Notes: generated by a model from the letters alone, not told the origin. Positions 44,131 to 54,865 are shown, counted from the stretch's first letter. The stretch: 64,000 bases of DNA from an uncultured Chloroflexia bacterium (GCA_963819655.1 CAWFXA010000003.1:768001-832000), one strand, 5' to 3'. Translations and numbers: made by a program.

Positions 44131-45178
44131 CTACGGCAACGCCGCGAAGGCCTCGGTGAGCACCGCCTCGAAGCGCCCGCGATCGACGCGGATCCCGACC
44201 TCGGCGTTGGGCGAGCGGCCGTCGCGTCGCAGGCGGTACGGGAGCCCGTCGCACACGGTCCGGCCGCGCGCGGGACCGGTCGTGGTGTCCACGACCACGT
44301 GATACGGCGCCACGTCGATGAGATCGGCGATGACCAGGTGCGCGACCGCGACCGCGTCGTGGATGGCGGTCGTCGTGCGCCCCGACCATTCCATGTTGCG
44401 TTCGAGCGCGTAGTCCGTGAGCTCCGCGGCGATGCGGCCAGAGGTCGTGCCAAGCGCCCGGAGCGCGTCTGCCGAGGACCGGTCGAGCAACGCCTGGTGG
44501 GTGACGTCGAGGCCCATCATCGTGATCGGGATCCCGGACCGGAACACGATGTCGGCCGCTTCGGGATCGGCATAGATGTTGAACTCCGCCGAGACGGTGC
44601 TGTTCCCCTCCCCGATCGAGCCACCCATGATCGACAGGTGGGCGATGCGCGACGCGAGCTCCGGGTACAGCCGCAGGAGGAGCGCGATGTTCGTCAGCGG
44701 GCCGATCGGAGCGATCGACGACCGGCTCGGGATGCTCACGCAGCACGCGCGCGATGAGCTCGATGGCTCCCTCCGGTCGGGCTGTGGCGGTCGCCGGCGG
44801 AAGCTGCGTGGTCCCGATGCCGCCTTCGCCGTGCACCTCGGTCGCGCGAACGACGCTGCCGACGATCGGTCCCGCAGCGCCTTCGGCGACCGGCACGTCA
44901 TCGCGGCCGTAGGCATGGAGCAGGCGGAGCGCGTTCTCGGTGCAGTGCCGCACGTCGGCATTGCCGCCGACCGTGGTGACCGCCAGGACGTCCAACTCGG
45001 GGCGGGCCAGCGCGAGGCCGATGGCCAGCGCGTCGTCCAGCCCAGGGTCGCTGTCGATGATGAGCGGGAGCGGCCGCTCGACCGTCCCGACCGGTGCGGT
45101 GCGCGGTACCGCCTCCGTACCGAAGAAGGTCGGGACCGCGTGGACCGGTCCCGACCCGTCCGGATAGCCGGCGCTCAC
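44131..45178 (-). CDS. Inosine/uridine-preferring nucleoside hydrolase (apparent frameshift near 44718)
   Basis: IIDSDPGLDDALA and VHGEGG lie in one frame; GPLTNIA, MGG, AEFNIYADPEAA and HDA lie in another. Confidence 0.85.
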
Positions 45179-45182
45179 CCCG

Positions 45183-46517
45183 TCAGCCTTGTTCGTACGG
45201 TTGGCCGGCCGCCGCGGGCCCGCGCACGCGTCCGACCACGCCTGCCACGATGACGATCGTCACGACGTACGGGACGCTGTTCAGCAGCTGCGGCGGCACA
45301 TCGACACCGAGGATCGAGAGCAATGCTTGCACCGCGCCGGCAAACCCGAACACCAGGGCCGCGAAGAACGCGCCAACGGGATGCCAGGCGCCGAAGATCA
45401 TCGCCGCAAGGGCGATGAAGCCCTTCCCCGCCGACATCTCGATCTGGAAGCTGCCGGCGGTGGCCAGCGATAGATACGAGCCAGCAAGTCCGGCGATCAG
45501 CCCCGCAAAGAAGAGGGCGCGGTAGCGGATGGCGATGACGTTGATGCCGACCGTGCCGGCCGCCTGGGGCTTCTCGCCGGATGCCCGGAGCCGGAGGCCC
45601 CAACGCGTCCGGAACAGCAGGTATGTCAACACGACGACCAGGATGTAGCCGACATACACGTAGGGCCTCGCGTTGAACAGGATCGGCCCGATCACGGGGA
45701 TGTCGGCCAGGATGGGCAACCGCATCGGCTCGATCGTCGGCGGGGTATTGAACTGGGGGTTCCGACTCAGGATGCGCAGGAACACGAAGTTGGTGATGCC
45801 GATCGCGCCGATGTTGATGACGGTCCCGGCGATGATCTGGTCGACCTTGTAGCGGATCCCCAGCCAGGCCAGGAGGAGGCCGAGCAGGCCTGCGACGAGC
45901 ATCGCCGCCAGGATGCCGACGAATGCACCCACGGGTCCGTTGCCCGTCGCCAGGAAGGCGACGCTCGCTGCGATCGACGCGACGCATGCCCCGACGAGCA
46001 TCTTGCCTTCGAGCGCGATGTTGAGCATGCCGCTGCGCTCGGACAGGATGCCGGCCAGGGCCCCCATCGCGATCGGCGTCGAGAGCTCGAGGCTCCCGGC
46101 GAACACGCCCGTGAGGTTCGCAGGCTTTCCGGCGAGCAGCGTCGCGACGAGCGCCGCGATCCATGGGACCAACAGGACGATGAGCCACGGACGCCAGCGG
46201 AACCCGGCGCCGCGCCAGAGCTGCAACCCGCCGACGAGCGTGGAGGCGGCGCCCGCGACGAGCCAGAGCACCCCGACGGTCGTCTCGAGCGTGGCAAGCT
46301 CGCCACCCTGCTTATCGATCCAGAACAGGAAGGTGGCCGTGACGTCGAACGAGCCCGTGGCCAGATAGAACGCCACGATGGCCACGCCGAGGAAGCCGAT
46401 CCCGCGGTTCCGAGCGTCGCGCTGGGCTCGCCGTGCCGCGAGGCCCTCCCCCGCTAAGGCGCTTGCGGGAAGGTCGCCGGCCAGGCGCTGGTCGCCCGTG
46501 CCCGTGGCGCCAGTCAT
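45183..46517 (-). CDS. Nucleoside ABC transporter permease
   Basis: SERSGMLNIALEGKML, GLRLRASGE and GKGFIALAAMIFG motifs. Confidence 0.93.
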   Translation of the reverse strand: MTGATGTGDQRLAGDLPASALAGEGLAARRAQRDARNRGIGFLGVAIVAFYLATGSFDVTATFLFWIDKQGGELATLETTVGVLWLVAGAASTLVGGLQLWRGAGFRWRPWLIVLLVPWIAALVATLLAGKPANLTGVFAGSLELSTPIAMGALAGILSERSGMLNIALEGKMLVGACVASIAASVAFLATGNGPVGAFVGILAAMLVAGLLGLLLAWLGIRYKVDQIIAGTVINIGAIGITNFVFLRILSRNPQFNTPPTIEPMRLPILADIPVIGPILFNARPYVYVGYILVVVLTYLLFRTRWGLRLRASGEKPQAAGTVGINVIAIRYRALFFAGLIAGLAGSYLSLATAGSFQIEMSAGKGFIALAAMIFGAWHPVGAFFAALVFGFAGAVQALLSILGVDVPPQLLNSVPYVVTIVIVAGVVGRVRGPAAAGQPYEQG

Positions 46518-47725
46518 ACGGTCCCCGTGGGCTGCGGGGTCGCGGCCACCTCGGGCGCGGGCTCGCTGACGCGCACTCGCCAGATCGACCGGATCAGGCC
46601 GGGGGCTGCGACGAACATGATGACGAGGGCCATGATGAACGACAGGAGGTCAAACGGGATCCCGGACTGGATACCCATGAGTTTGCCGCCCGTCGTCAGC
46701 GCTCCGAACAGGAGTGCCGCGAGGATCACGCCGCTCGGCCGGAGGCTGGCGAGGAGTGCGAGGGCGATGGCGGTGAACCCGATGCCGCCCGACAGGTCGA
46801 GTGACAGCTGACCGACGGTGCCGACGACCATGAAGCTTCCGGCCATCCCGGCGAGGCCGCCCGACAGGACCATCGCCAGGATCATCGAGCCGCCGGCGCT
46901 CATGCCGGCATATCGAGCGGCGGTCAGGTTGAATCCCGCTGCACGGAGCTCGAAGCCCAGCGTCGTGCGGAAGAGGAGCCAGGATACGGCCACGCCCATG
47001 AGCAGCGCGACCACGAATCCGAAATCAAGACGGATCCCGGCCAGGGGGATGATCGTCGGCACGTCCGCGATCGGCGTCAGGTTCTTCGACACCGGTGCGG
47101 TGCTTCCCGGGGCGCGAAGCCACGCCGATCGCAGGGCGAAGAAGACGATCTGCGCCGCGATGTAGTTCAGCATGATCGTCGTGATGACCTCGTGCGCTCC
47201 CGTCCGCGCCTTGAGGAATCCGGGGATGAATCCCCACGCTCCACCCGACAGCGTGCCTATCGCGATCGCCGCGATGAGGATCCCAAACGCCGGCACCTGG
47301 CCGGCAAGGGCGATCGTCGCGATCGTCGCGCCGAGGGCTCCGATCATCAGCTGGCCGTCGACGCCGATGTTGAACATGCCGGCCCGGAACGAGATCGCGA
47401 CGGCGAGGCCCGTGAAGATCAACGGTGTCGCCGCGACGAGGGTCTCGGTGATCGGGCGGATCGCTGTCGCGACGTCGCGCGGATTGCCGCTCCCGATGGC
47501 GGTCAGGACCCTTGTCGGGTCGCCGAACGCACCCGCGAGCATCGCCCCATAGCCCCTGCCGACACCGCCGATGGCGCCGATGATCGCGCCGACCGGGTCG
47601 GTCGGGAGCAGGGCCAGGTTCACGAGATCGGTCAGGATGATCACGATCGCGCCGACCAGGAACGCGGTGACCAATGCGAGCGCGGGGACCAGCGCCTTGC
47701 GAAGGAGCACCCTGAGGCGGGTCAT
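46514..47725 (-). CDS. Nucleoside ABC transporter permease
   Basis: FRAGMFNIGVDGQ, HEVITTIMLNY and GFELRAAG motifs. Confidence 0.93.
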   Translation of the reverse strand: MTRLRVLLRKALVPALALVTAFLVGAIVIILTDLVNLALLPTDPVGAIIGAIGGVGRGYGAMLAGAFGDPTRVLTAIGSGNPRDVATAIRPITETLVAATPLIFTGLAVAISFRAGMFNIGVDGQLMIGALGATIATIALAGQVPAFGILIAAIAIGTLSGGAWGFIPGFLKARTGAHEVITTIMLNYIAAQIVFFALRSAWLRAPGSTAPVSKNLTPIADVPTIIPLAGIRLDFGFVVALLMGVAVSWLLFRTTLGFELRAAGFNLTAARYAGMSAGGSMILAMVLSGGLAGMAGSFMVVGTVGQLSLDLSGGIGFTAIALALLASLRPSGVILAALLFGALTTGGKLMGIQSGIPFDLLSFIMALVIMFVAAPGLIRSIWRVRVSEPAPEVAATPQPTGTV

Positions 47726-49248
47726 GCGGCGACCCCTCCGCCGAACGACGCACCGCCCATCAGGAGGCCGAGGTTCTCGTACGTCGCATCGTCTTCGGAC
47801 AGGATCCCGACGATTCGTCCGTCGAACATCACGGCGATCCGGTCGCCGACAGCCAGGACTTCATCCAGCTCGGTGCTCACGATGAGGATCGCTGCGCCGG
47901 CGTCGCGCTGCTCGACGAGGCGCCGGTGGATGTACTCGATCGAGCCGACGTCAAGACCGCGGGTCGGTTGCGCGGCGATCACGAGTTGCACCGGCACCGA
48001 GAACTCGCGCGCCACGACAACCTTCTGCTGGTTGCCGCCTGACAGTGAGCCGGCGAGCGTCTCGATCGACGGTGTCCGGATGTCGAATTCCTTGACGCCC
48101 TTGGCGGCCCCCTCGTTGACCGCCTTGCGATCCAACACGCCCCGCTTGCTGTATGGCTCGCGGTGGTACGTGTCGAGGATGTAGTTCTCGGCGATCGTCA
48201 TGTAGTTGATGAGGCCGTCCCTCCCGCGGTCCTCCGGGATGTGCGCGACACCGAGGTCGGAGACCTCGCGCGGGCTCGATTGCTCGATATGGCGCGTGCC
48301 GATCGTCATCGAACCGGAGTCGATCGTCCGCAGGCCTACGATCGCTTCGACGAGCTCCGTCTGGCCGTTGCCCTGGACGCCCGCGATGACGACGATCTCG
48401 CCCGCTCGCACGTCGAGGTCCACACCGTCGACCGCCATGTCCAACCGGTCGTCTCGCACTTGGAGGTCACGCAGGCTCAGGACGACCTCGCCCGGCTTGG
48501 CGGGTCCCTTGGCGACGATCAGTTCGACATCGCGCCCGACCATCAGGTTCGCCAGCTCCTGGCGAGTCGTCGCCTTCGGGTCGGCGGTTCCGGCGACGCG
48601 GCCGCGCCGGAGGACCACGATCTGGTCGGCGACTTCGAGCACCTCGTTGAGTTTGTGGGTGATGAAGATGACCGTCGTGCCGGTCGCAGTCAGCGACCGG
48701 ATGATGGTGAACAGCTCCTCGGTCTCGAGGGGCGTGAGGACCGCGCTCGGCTCGTCGAGGACGAGGATGTCGCTCTTGCGGTAGAGCGCCTTGAGGATCT
48801 CGACGCGTTGGCGGACGCCCACCGGCAGGCTCTCGATCTTCGCGTCGGGGTTCACGTTGAGGCTGTACTGCGCCGAGAGCTCGACGATCCGCTTCCGCGC
48901 CGCTGCACGATCGAACGTCCCGAGCGGACCGGTGACGGTCTCGGCACCCAGTGCGACGGCCTCGACGACGTCGAAGACCGGGACCAGCATGAAGTGCTGA
49001 TGGACCATCCCGACGCCGGCGCCGATCGCTGCGGCGGGATCGCCGAAGACCTGCTCCTTGCCATCGATGAAGATCTGGCCCGAGTCCGGCTTGTAGAGCC
49101 CGGACAGGATGTTCATGAGCGTCGTCTTGCCCGCGCCGTTCTCGCCCAGCAGACCGAGCACCTTGCCCCGGTCGGCCGAGATCGAGATCTTGTCGTTCGC
49201 CAGGACACCCGGGAAGCGCTTCGTGATGTCGCGCAGTTCGAGCTGCAT
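47722..49248 (-). CDS. Nucleoside ABC transporter ATP-binding protein
   Basis: GENGAGKTT, MVHQHFML, LSGGNQQK and QPTRGLDVG motifs. Confidence 0.95.
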   Translation of the reverse strand: MQLELRDITKRFPGVLANDKISISADRGKVLGLLGENGAGKTTLMNILSGLYKPDSGQIFIDGKEQVFGDPAAAIGAGVGMVHQHFMLVPVFDVVEAVALGAETVTGPLGTFDRAAARKRIVELSAQYSLNVNPDAKIESLPVGVRQRVEILKALYRKSDILVLDEPSAVLTPLETEELFTIIRSLTATGTTVIFITHKLNEVLEVADQIVVLRRGRVAGTADPKATTRQELANLMVGRDVELIVAKGPAKPGEVVLSLRDLQVRDDRLDMAVDGVDLDVRAGEIVVIAGVQGNGQTELVEAIVGLRTIDSGSMTIGTRHIEQSSPREVSDLGVAHIPEDRGRDGLINYMTIAENYILDTYHREPYSKRGVLDRKAVNEGAAKGVKEFDIRTPSIETLAGSLSGGNQQKVVVAREFSVPVQLVIAAQPTRGLDVGSIEYIHRRLVEQRDAGAAILIVSTELDEVLAVGDRIAVMFDGRIVGILSEDDATYENLGLLMGGASFGGGVAA

Positions 49249-49271
49249 CGTTGGCCTCGACTGGTATGCAG

Positions 49272-49305
49272 ACCGCCCCCGGTCCGCGTTCGGGCCGGGG
49301 GCGGT
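49272..49305. terminator. Intercistronic hairpin after the BMP gene (mRNA stabiliser/attenuator)
   Basis: ACCGCCCCCGG / CCGGGGGCGGT stem. Confidence 0.5.
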
Positions 49306-49334
49306 GCTGGTTTACGGTCGAATCGTCGACTGCG

Positions 49335-50537
49335 CTAGCAGCCGCGCCCGAGGAAGCTGCAGACCGTGACGCTGCCGTCGCCGATGGCGGCCCGCAACGT
49401 CTCGATCTCTGCCTTGAGCTCGGCCGAGAGCTGGCTGTCGAAGTCGTGGTATGGCGCCAGGAGCACGCCGTTGTTGGCGATCGTGCCCGAATAGTCCTCG
49501 CCGCCGAGGTCGCCACCAGCGTTCTTCGTGATCACGTCCATGACGGAGACATCGATGGCTTTCTGGGCAGATGTGAGGATGGCCTTGTGGTATTCGGTGT
49601 CGCCGAGGCTGATCCACTGGTCAGCATCGACGCCGATGGCCCACTTGCCGGCCGCGTGCATGGCCTTGATGGTCCCGTTGCCCGTCGACCCGGCGACTGG
49701 ATGGACGACGTCGACGCCCTGGTCCAGGAAGGTCGTGGCGAACTGCTCACCCTTCCCCGGATCGTTCCAGGTGTCGTTTCCGCCGCTGCCGCCGACGAAG
49801 GTGCCCGTGGTCGTGGGATCAGGCAGGGAGCCGTCCCATCCGATGACCGAGACGGTCGTGCCCTTCTGCTGGTTGTAGTACTGCACCCCGGCGTACAGGC
49901 CGTCCATGAACCGGGTCACGCCCGGGAAGGCCAGGCCGCCGTAGGTGCCGATCTTGCCGGTCTTGCTCCAGCCCGCGGCCAGGTAGCCGGCGAGCATGGA
50001 CGCTTGGTCGATCTGGTAGTCGAGGCCGGTGAAGTTGGCCGGGCGCGGGGTGTCGTCAGGGGTGCCCATCACGAAGTCGGGGCCCGCCTCGTTCCAGGCC
50101 GTGTCGACCTGGGAGAACCCGATCTCCGGGTTCGCGGCCGCGGCGTCGGCCGTCGCCTGCGACTGCAGGAAGCCGACGGTGACGATCGACTGGCAACCCT
50201 GGTCGACCAGTCGTGTGATGTTGGCCGCGTAGTCGGTCGAGCCTTGTGCCTCGCTGAAGAACGTCTTGTAGCCGGCCGCTGCCGCGTCGTCGAGGCCCTT
50301 CTTCGCGAGGTCGTTGAAGTTCTTGTCACCGAGGCCGCCGGTGTCGAAGGCGACGCACGCGGTCCAGTCGATGGCGGCCGCGCTCGGGACGACGGACGGC
50401 GCCTCGCTCGGCGCCTCGCTTCCGCCAGCCGACGGCGCCACGCTGGGAGCGGTCGTCGCCGTGCCCGTGCTCGAGCATGCGGAGATGATGAAGGCCGCAG
50501 TCGCGAAGAGCGACAGCAGCCGCATAGAGCTGCGCAA
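49335..50537 (-). CDS. BMP-family nucleoside-binding lipoprotein
   Basis: Lipobox ISAC, GGLGDKNFN and AIGVDADQ; TTG start after a GAGGAGG RBS. Confidence 0.93.
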   Translation of the reverse strand: MRSSMRLLSLFATAAFIISACSSTGTATTAPSVAPSAGGSEAPSEAPSVVPSAAAIDWTACVAFDTGGLGDKNFNDLAKKGLDDAAAAGYKTFFSEAQGSTDYAANITRLVDQGCQSIVTVGFLQSQATADAAAANPEIGFSQVDTAWNEAGPDFVMGTPDDTPRPANFTGLDYQIDQASMLAGYLAAGWSKTGKIGTYGGLAFPGVTRFMDGLYAGVQYYNQQKGTTVSVIGWDGSLPDPTTTGTFVGGSGGNDTWNDPGKGEQFATTFLDQGVDVVHPVAGSTGNGTIKAMHAAGKWAIGVDADQWISLGDTEYHKAILTSAQKAIDVSVMDVITKNAGGDLGGEDYSGTIANNGVLLAPYHDFDSQLSAELKAEIETLRAAIGDGSVTVCSFLGRGC

Positions 50538-50657
50538 GGTGAACTCCTCCTCATGTGGCCGCGACACGATCACGGATCGCGACCTTCGGTGAGCGAGGAT
50601 ACGCTATCGACGGGGCGGCGTCGATTGATTTGGCGTCGACCGATTTCGGGAGGGACG

Positions 50658-51164
50658 ATGACTCCGGAGGACCGCAGGCGGACCATCGCGTACCTCGATC
50701 TCCACGAGCGTCGCGGACCCGTCGACACGCTCGACGATGAGGGCGTCCGCGAGCTCCTCACGGAGGCCCGGCGGATCGCCGTGATCGGCGCCTCCGACGA
50801 CCCGGGGCGGCCCTCGTACGACGTGTTCCAGCACATGCTCGCGAGCGGGTTCGACGCCGTACCGGTGAACCCGAACCACCGCTCGGTGGCGGGTGTGCCG
50901 GCCTATGCGACGCTTTCCGAAGCCGTGGAGGCGACCGGGCCGTTCGACATCATCGATGTCTTCCGCAGACCCGAGTTCTGCCCCGAGCACGCGCGCGAGG
51001 CCGTCGCCGCCGGGGCGCGCTGTCTGTGGCTCCAGCTCGGGATCGTCGACTGGGATGCTGCCCGGATCGCGCACGACGGCGGCCTCACTGTCGTCATGGA
51101 TCGATGCCTGTCGGTGGAGTGGCGTCGCCTCGGCCGGGCCCGCACCAGCACGGAGGGGGCATGA
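50658..51164 (+). CDS. CoA-binding protein (YccU-like)
   Basis: IAVIGAS..P.RPS, PVNP, DIIDVFR, LWLQLGI and VMDRC motifs. Confidence 0.9.
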   Translation: MTPEDRRRTIAYLDLHERRGPVDTLDDEGVRELLTEARRIAVIGASDDPGRPSYDVFQHMLASGFDAVPVNPNHRSVAGVPAYATLSEAVEATGPFDIIDVFRRPEFCPEHAREAVAAGARCLWLQLGIVDWDAARIAHDGGLTVVMDRCLSVEWRRLGRARTSTEGA

Positions 51165-51940
51165 CCCAGATCCATCTCCACGCCGAACCCGGCGACTACG
51201 CGCCGGTCGTGCTGCTGCCAGGCGACCCGAACCGCGCGACGCGCATGGCCGAGCGGTTCGATGGCGGCGTGGCCGCGTCCCGCCTGGTGAACGCCAACCG
51301 CGGACTGCTCGGCTACACCGGGACCGTTGAGGGCGTGCCCGTATCGGTACAGACGACGATGATGGGCGCCCCGACGACCTCCATCGTGATGGAGGAGCTG
51401 ATCAACCTCGGCGTCACGACCTACATCCGGGTGGGGACGTGCGGAGGGTTCGGAGGGCTCGACGTCGGCGACGTCGTGGTGGCGCTCGCCGCCGCATCAG
51501 CGAGCGGCATCGGACCGGTCCTCGGCGCCGGCGAGGCGACGGCGCCCACCGCCGACTTCGAGGTCGTCGCGGCGCTGCTGGCGGCGAGCCGGGCGCAGGG
51601 ACTCACGACGCACGTCGGACCGATCGTGACGACCGATGTGTTCTACGACCCACATCCCGGCGGCGCCATCCGCTGGGGACGGCGCGGCTACCTCGCGGCC
51701 GAGATGGAGACGGCAGCGGTGTACCTGCTCGCGATGCGTGAGCGCGCCAGGGGCCGGGATGTCCGTGCCGGGACCATCCTCACTGTGTCGGACGTCATCC
51801 GCGATCCGGGCGACGTCGACGGGACCCGCAAGCTCGGCGCCGACGATTGGTTCCGCCCGCCGGAGGAGGAGGTCGTGCGCAGGGTCGATCTCACCATCGG
51901 CGCGGCGCTCGCTGCCGCGGCGGCACTCGGGCGGGCCTAA
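51161..51940 (+). CDS. deoD: Purine nucleoside phosphorylase (DeoD-type)
   Basis: HAEPGD, LLPGDPNR, NRGLLGYTG, IRVGTCG and AEME motifs. Confidence 0.85.
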   Translation: MTQIHLHAEPGDYAPVVLLPGDPNRATRMAERFDGGVAASRLVNANRGLLGYTGTVEGVPVSVQTTMMGAPTTSIVMEELINLGVTTYIRVGTCGGFGGLDVGDVVVALAAASASGIGPVLGAGEATAPTADFEVVAALLAASRAQGLTTHVGPIVTTDVFYDPHPGGAIRWGRRGYLAAEMETAAVYLLAMRERARGRDVRAGTILTVSDVIRDPGDVDGTRKLGADDWFRPPEEEVVRRVDLTIGAALAAAAALGRA

Positions 51941-51967
51941 GCGCGGGGTCATGCGCCGCGGGGCCAC

Positions 51968-53125
51968 CTACGCCACGAACGACAGCCCCAGTTCGAAGTC
52001 CTCGAGCAGGTCCTCCACGTCCTCGCAGCCGATCGACAATCGGATGATCCCGCCGTCCTTGGGTCGCGGGTAGACCAGCGTGTGGAGGTCGCCCAGGCTC
52101 ACGCCGATGTCACACAGGCGCAGATGGTCGGTGAAGGCGGCCATCGCCTCGAGGCCGCCGACCGGCTTGAACGTGACCATCGCGCCGCCCAGGTCGCCGA
52201 GCAGCCGGCCCGCGACGGCGTGGTCCGGGTGGGAGGCGAGGCCCGGATAGCGCACCCAGTCGACCTTGGCGTGGCCCTCGAGGAAGGCGGCGATCCGGGC
52301 GGCATTGGCAGAGGCCGCCCGCGACCGCAACGGCAGCGTCCGGACGCCACGCTGGACCAGGAAGCTCGAGAACGGGCTGGCGGCCTGGCCGAGCGTATCG
52401 GTCTGCTTGCGGATCGGGTCCGTCAGGGCCTTGCGACCCGCCACGACCCCTGACACGGCATCTCCGTGACCGGACAGGTATTTCGTGGCAGCGTGCAGCA
52501 CCAGGTCGGCGCCATGCTCGAGGGGCCGCAGCAGGACCGGGCCGAGGAACGTGTTGTCGGCGATGAACAGCAGCTCGTGGCGGTGTGCGATGGCCGCCAG
52601 CGCATCAAGGTCGGGGATTCGCAGCCGCGGGTTCGTCGAGGTCTCCACGAACAGCGCGCGGGTGCTCGCCGTGATCGCCGCCTCGACCGCAGGCGCGTCG
52701 GTCGGGTCCACCCGGGTGACATCGATGCCGCGCCGTGGGAAGTCCTCGTCCAGGAGCACGTTGGTGATCGCGAAGAGCTCGTCCCCGGCGACGAGGTGGT
52801 CGCCTGACGTGAGATGCGCGAGCAGGGTCGCGGCGACGGCGGCCATCCCCGACGACGAGACGACCGCGTCCTCGGCCCCCTCGAGCGAGGCAAGCTTCTC
52901 CTCGAGCGCACGATTTGTCGGGTTGCCGGTTCGCGAGTAGAAGTACGCGCCGGGCTCCCAGGCGAGCGAGCGGTCGACCGCCTCCTCCTTCTCGGCCGCC
53001 GAGTCGAAAGTGAACGTGGCCGTGGCATAGATCGGCGTGCGGTGAGCGTGGGTCGCCGGGTCGGGCCGCTCCCCGGCGTGGATCGCCCGCGTCGCGAGGC
53101 CGCGTCCCTCCGTGCGTTCGCGCAT
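51968..53125 (-). CDS. PLP-dependent trans-sulfuration enzyme (cystathionine gamma-synthase / methionine gamma-lyase family)
   Basis: YSRTGNPT, SSGMAA, DNTF, ATKYLSGHGD and SLG motifs; ATG 53125 has an RBS. Confidence 0.92.
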   Translation of the reverse strand: MRERTEGRGLATRAIHAGERPDPATHAHRTPIYATATFTFDSAAEKEEAVDRSLAWEPGAYFYSRTGNPTNRALEEKLASLEGAEDAVVSSSGMAAVAATLLAHLTSGDHLVAGDELFAITNVLLDEDFPRRGIDVTRVDPTDAPAVEAAITASTRALFVETSTNPRLRIPDLDALAAIAHRHELLFIADNTFLGPVLLRPLEHGADLVLHAATKYLSGHGDAVSGVVAGRKALTDPIRKQTDTLGQAASPFSSFLVQRGVRTLPLRSRAASANAARIAAFLEGHAKVDWVRYPGLASHPDHAVAGRLLGDLGGAMVTFKPVGGLEAMAAFTDHLRLCDIGVSLGDLHTLVYPRPKDGGIIRLSIGCEDVEDLLEDFELGLSFVA

Positions 53126-53192
53126 ATGGTCCCTCTCCTGCCGGCGCACGCTGCCCGTGTGGCGCAAGTCTATGGGCGGCTAAGCTGCCCCG

Positions 53193-53942
53193 ATGGACCG
53201 GAACGACTGGTGGCGCCACCTCGATCCCGTCCTCACGGCACCCCTGCGCGAGACCTGGATCCCGGTCGGGTCACCCGGGTTCGCCGGGCCCGACAAGGCA
53301 CGCTGGCGTCGACTGCTCGATGAGCGATTCGCCTCGGACGGCTGGCGATTCGGTCACGTCGTCCGTGGGGCCGTCGTGCCGGTCTCCGTCGCGATCCGGG
53401 AGTACGAAGCGAGCTACCGCCGATACCTTCGCGACCGGTCTGCCCTCGTCCGCTTCCTCGCGACGGCGTGCGGCAACGTCTACGACTTCGATGTCGCCAA
53501 CGTCCACGACGACGACTACGAGCAGCCGCTTACTGAGATGAACCACTACCAGGACATCTCGGTCCGGCGGGTCATGTCCGAGCTCGTCGACGACCCGGAG
53601 TGGCCGGACATCACGGACACGCCGGTCGAAGTCGTCCCGATGCGCGACCTGGGCACCGGCGCGACCCACGAGATGCCGCGGGCCCGCGGGTTCCGCGGCG
53701 GTCATCTGCTGCAGATCCGCGACCCGCTGTCGCCCGGCTACGTACTCAACCCGGCGGTCGTGCCGGTCCACGACCCGGCCCTGATCACGAGCCTGCCGGC
53801 GCGCACCGACTGGTATCACGCCGAAGGCTGCGGCCACCTGTCGGTCGAGGCGTTCTGGCAGATGAGCAAGGTGGTGGAGGTCCGACTCGACCGTTTCCTC
53901 GAGCTGGGTGATGCGCGGGTCGAGCCATTGGCCGGCCTGTGA
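53193..53942 (+). CDS. Hypothetical protein
   Basis: Clean 249-aa ORF; TAAGCT -10 box 6 nt upstream; coupled to the downstream kinase. Confidence 0.8.
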   Translation: MDRNDWWRHLDPVLTAPLRETWIPVGSPGFAGPDKARWRRLLDERFASDGWRFGHVVRGAVVPVSVAIREYEASYRRYLRDRSALVRFLATACGNVYDFDVANVHDDDYEQPLTEMNHYQDISVRRVMSELVDDPEWPDITDTPVEVVPMRDLGTGATHEMPRARGFRGGHLLQIRDPLSPGYVLNPAVVPVHDPALITSLPARTDWYHAEGCGHLSVEAFWQMSKVVEVRLDRFLELGDARVEPLAGL

Positions 53943-54865
53943 CGTCGGAGGACCCCGCGGCGTCGGAGACGCTGCTGCTCGGCGCCCTGAGCCTCGATCG
54001 TTATCTGCCCGACGGCCCGGTGCTGCCCGGCGGCGGCGCGCTCAACGTCGCGTGGCACTGGCGGTCGTTGGGGCTGCCGTTCACGTTGATCACTCGCGTC
54101 GGCGACCGCGAGGCCGCGCTCTTCCTCGACATGCTCGAGCGGCACGGAGTCGACCACGTGCCAGGGTCGATCGTGGCGGCCGGCCCGTCGGCATCGATCG
54201 ACATCGAGTTCCTGCCTGATCGCCAGCCGTGGATGGACAACTACGTCCAAGGCGTCTGCGGCGACCTGCGGTTCACACCCGACGAGGATGGACTCCTCGC
54301 GGGAGCGCGGCGGCTCCACGCGATCCTCGTCGAGGGCGTCATCGCTGAGCTGGAGCGGCAGGGCGGCGCGGGTCGGCTGGCGCACCTCGAGGTCGTGGCG
54401 GACTTCCTCGGGTTCCGGCATTACACCGTCGATCGGTTCGCGGACACGATGCGCTGGGTCGATCTCGCCATCGTCGGCTGGCCGGGCGACCCCGGCGACG
54501 CGACGGTGGCCGCGTTGCGGGACGTCGTCCGCGATCTCGGGAAGCGGCTCGTCGTGACGTTCGGTTCTCAAGGTGTGCTGGTCGTCGACGGGGCGGCGGG
54601 GTCCGAGCGGTCAGTGGCCGTGACGCCGTCACCCGTCGCGGGCACGACCATCGGGTGCGGCGACGCGTTCATCGCCTATCTCCTGGCGGACTGGTGGCGG
54701 AACGGCGACCTCATCGCGGCCGTGGAACAGGGCAAGGTCGGCGGGGCGCTGCCGACGGCGTGGGACAGGCCCCTGCCCGACGCCGCGTATGGCGGTCTTG
54801 AGCTGGAGGCACCCACCGGTCCGGACGTTCGCGGCGGTCGGGCAGCACGCGGCGGCTCTCGCTGA
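53939..54865 (+). CDS. PfkB-family carbohydrate kinase
   Basis: GGGALNVA, VVTFGSQG and TIGCGDAF motifs. Confidence 0.88.
   Translation: MTSEDPAASETLLLGALSLDRYLPDGPVLPGGGALNVAWHWRSLGLPFTLITRVGDREAALFLDMLERHGVDHVPGSIVAAGPSASIDIEFLPDRQPWMDNYVQGVCGDLRFTPDEDGLLAGARRLHAILVEGVIAELERQGGAGRLAHLEVVADFLGFRHYTVDRFADTMRWVDLAIVGWPGDPGDATVAALRDVVRDLGKRLVVTFGSQGVLVVDGAAGSERSVAVTPSPVAGTTIGCGDAFIAYLLADWWRNGDLIAAVEQGKVGGALPTAWDRPLPDAAYGGLELEAPTGPDVRGGRAARGGSR

Noticed and set aside
43529-45178. 549-aa nucleoside hydrolase-SGNH fusion
   Set aside because: It is an artefact of two frameshifts. The middle is out-of-frame sequence, and each gene has its own start and stop.
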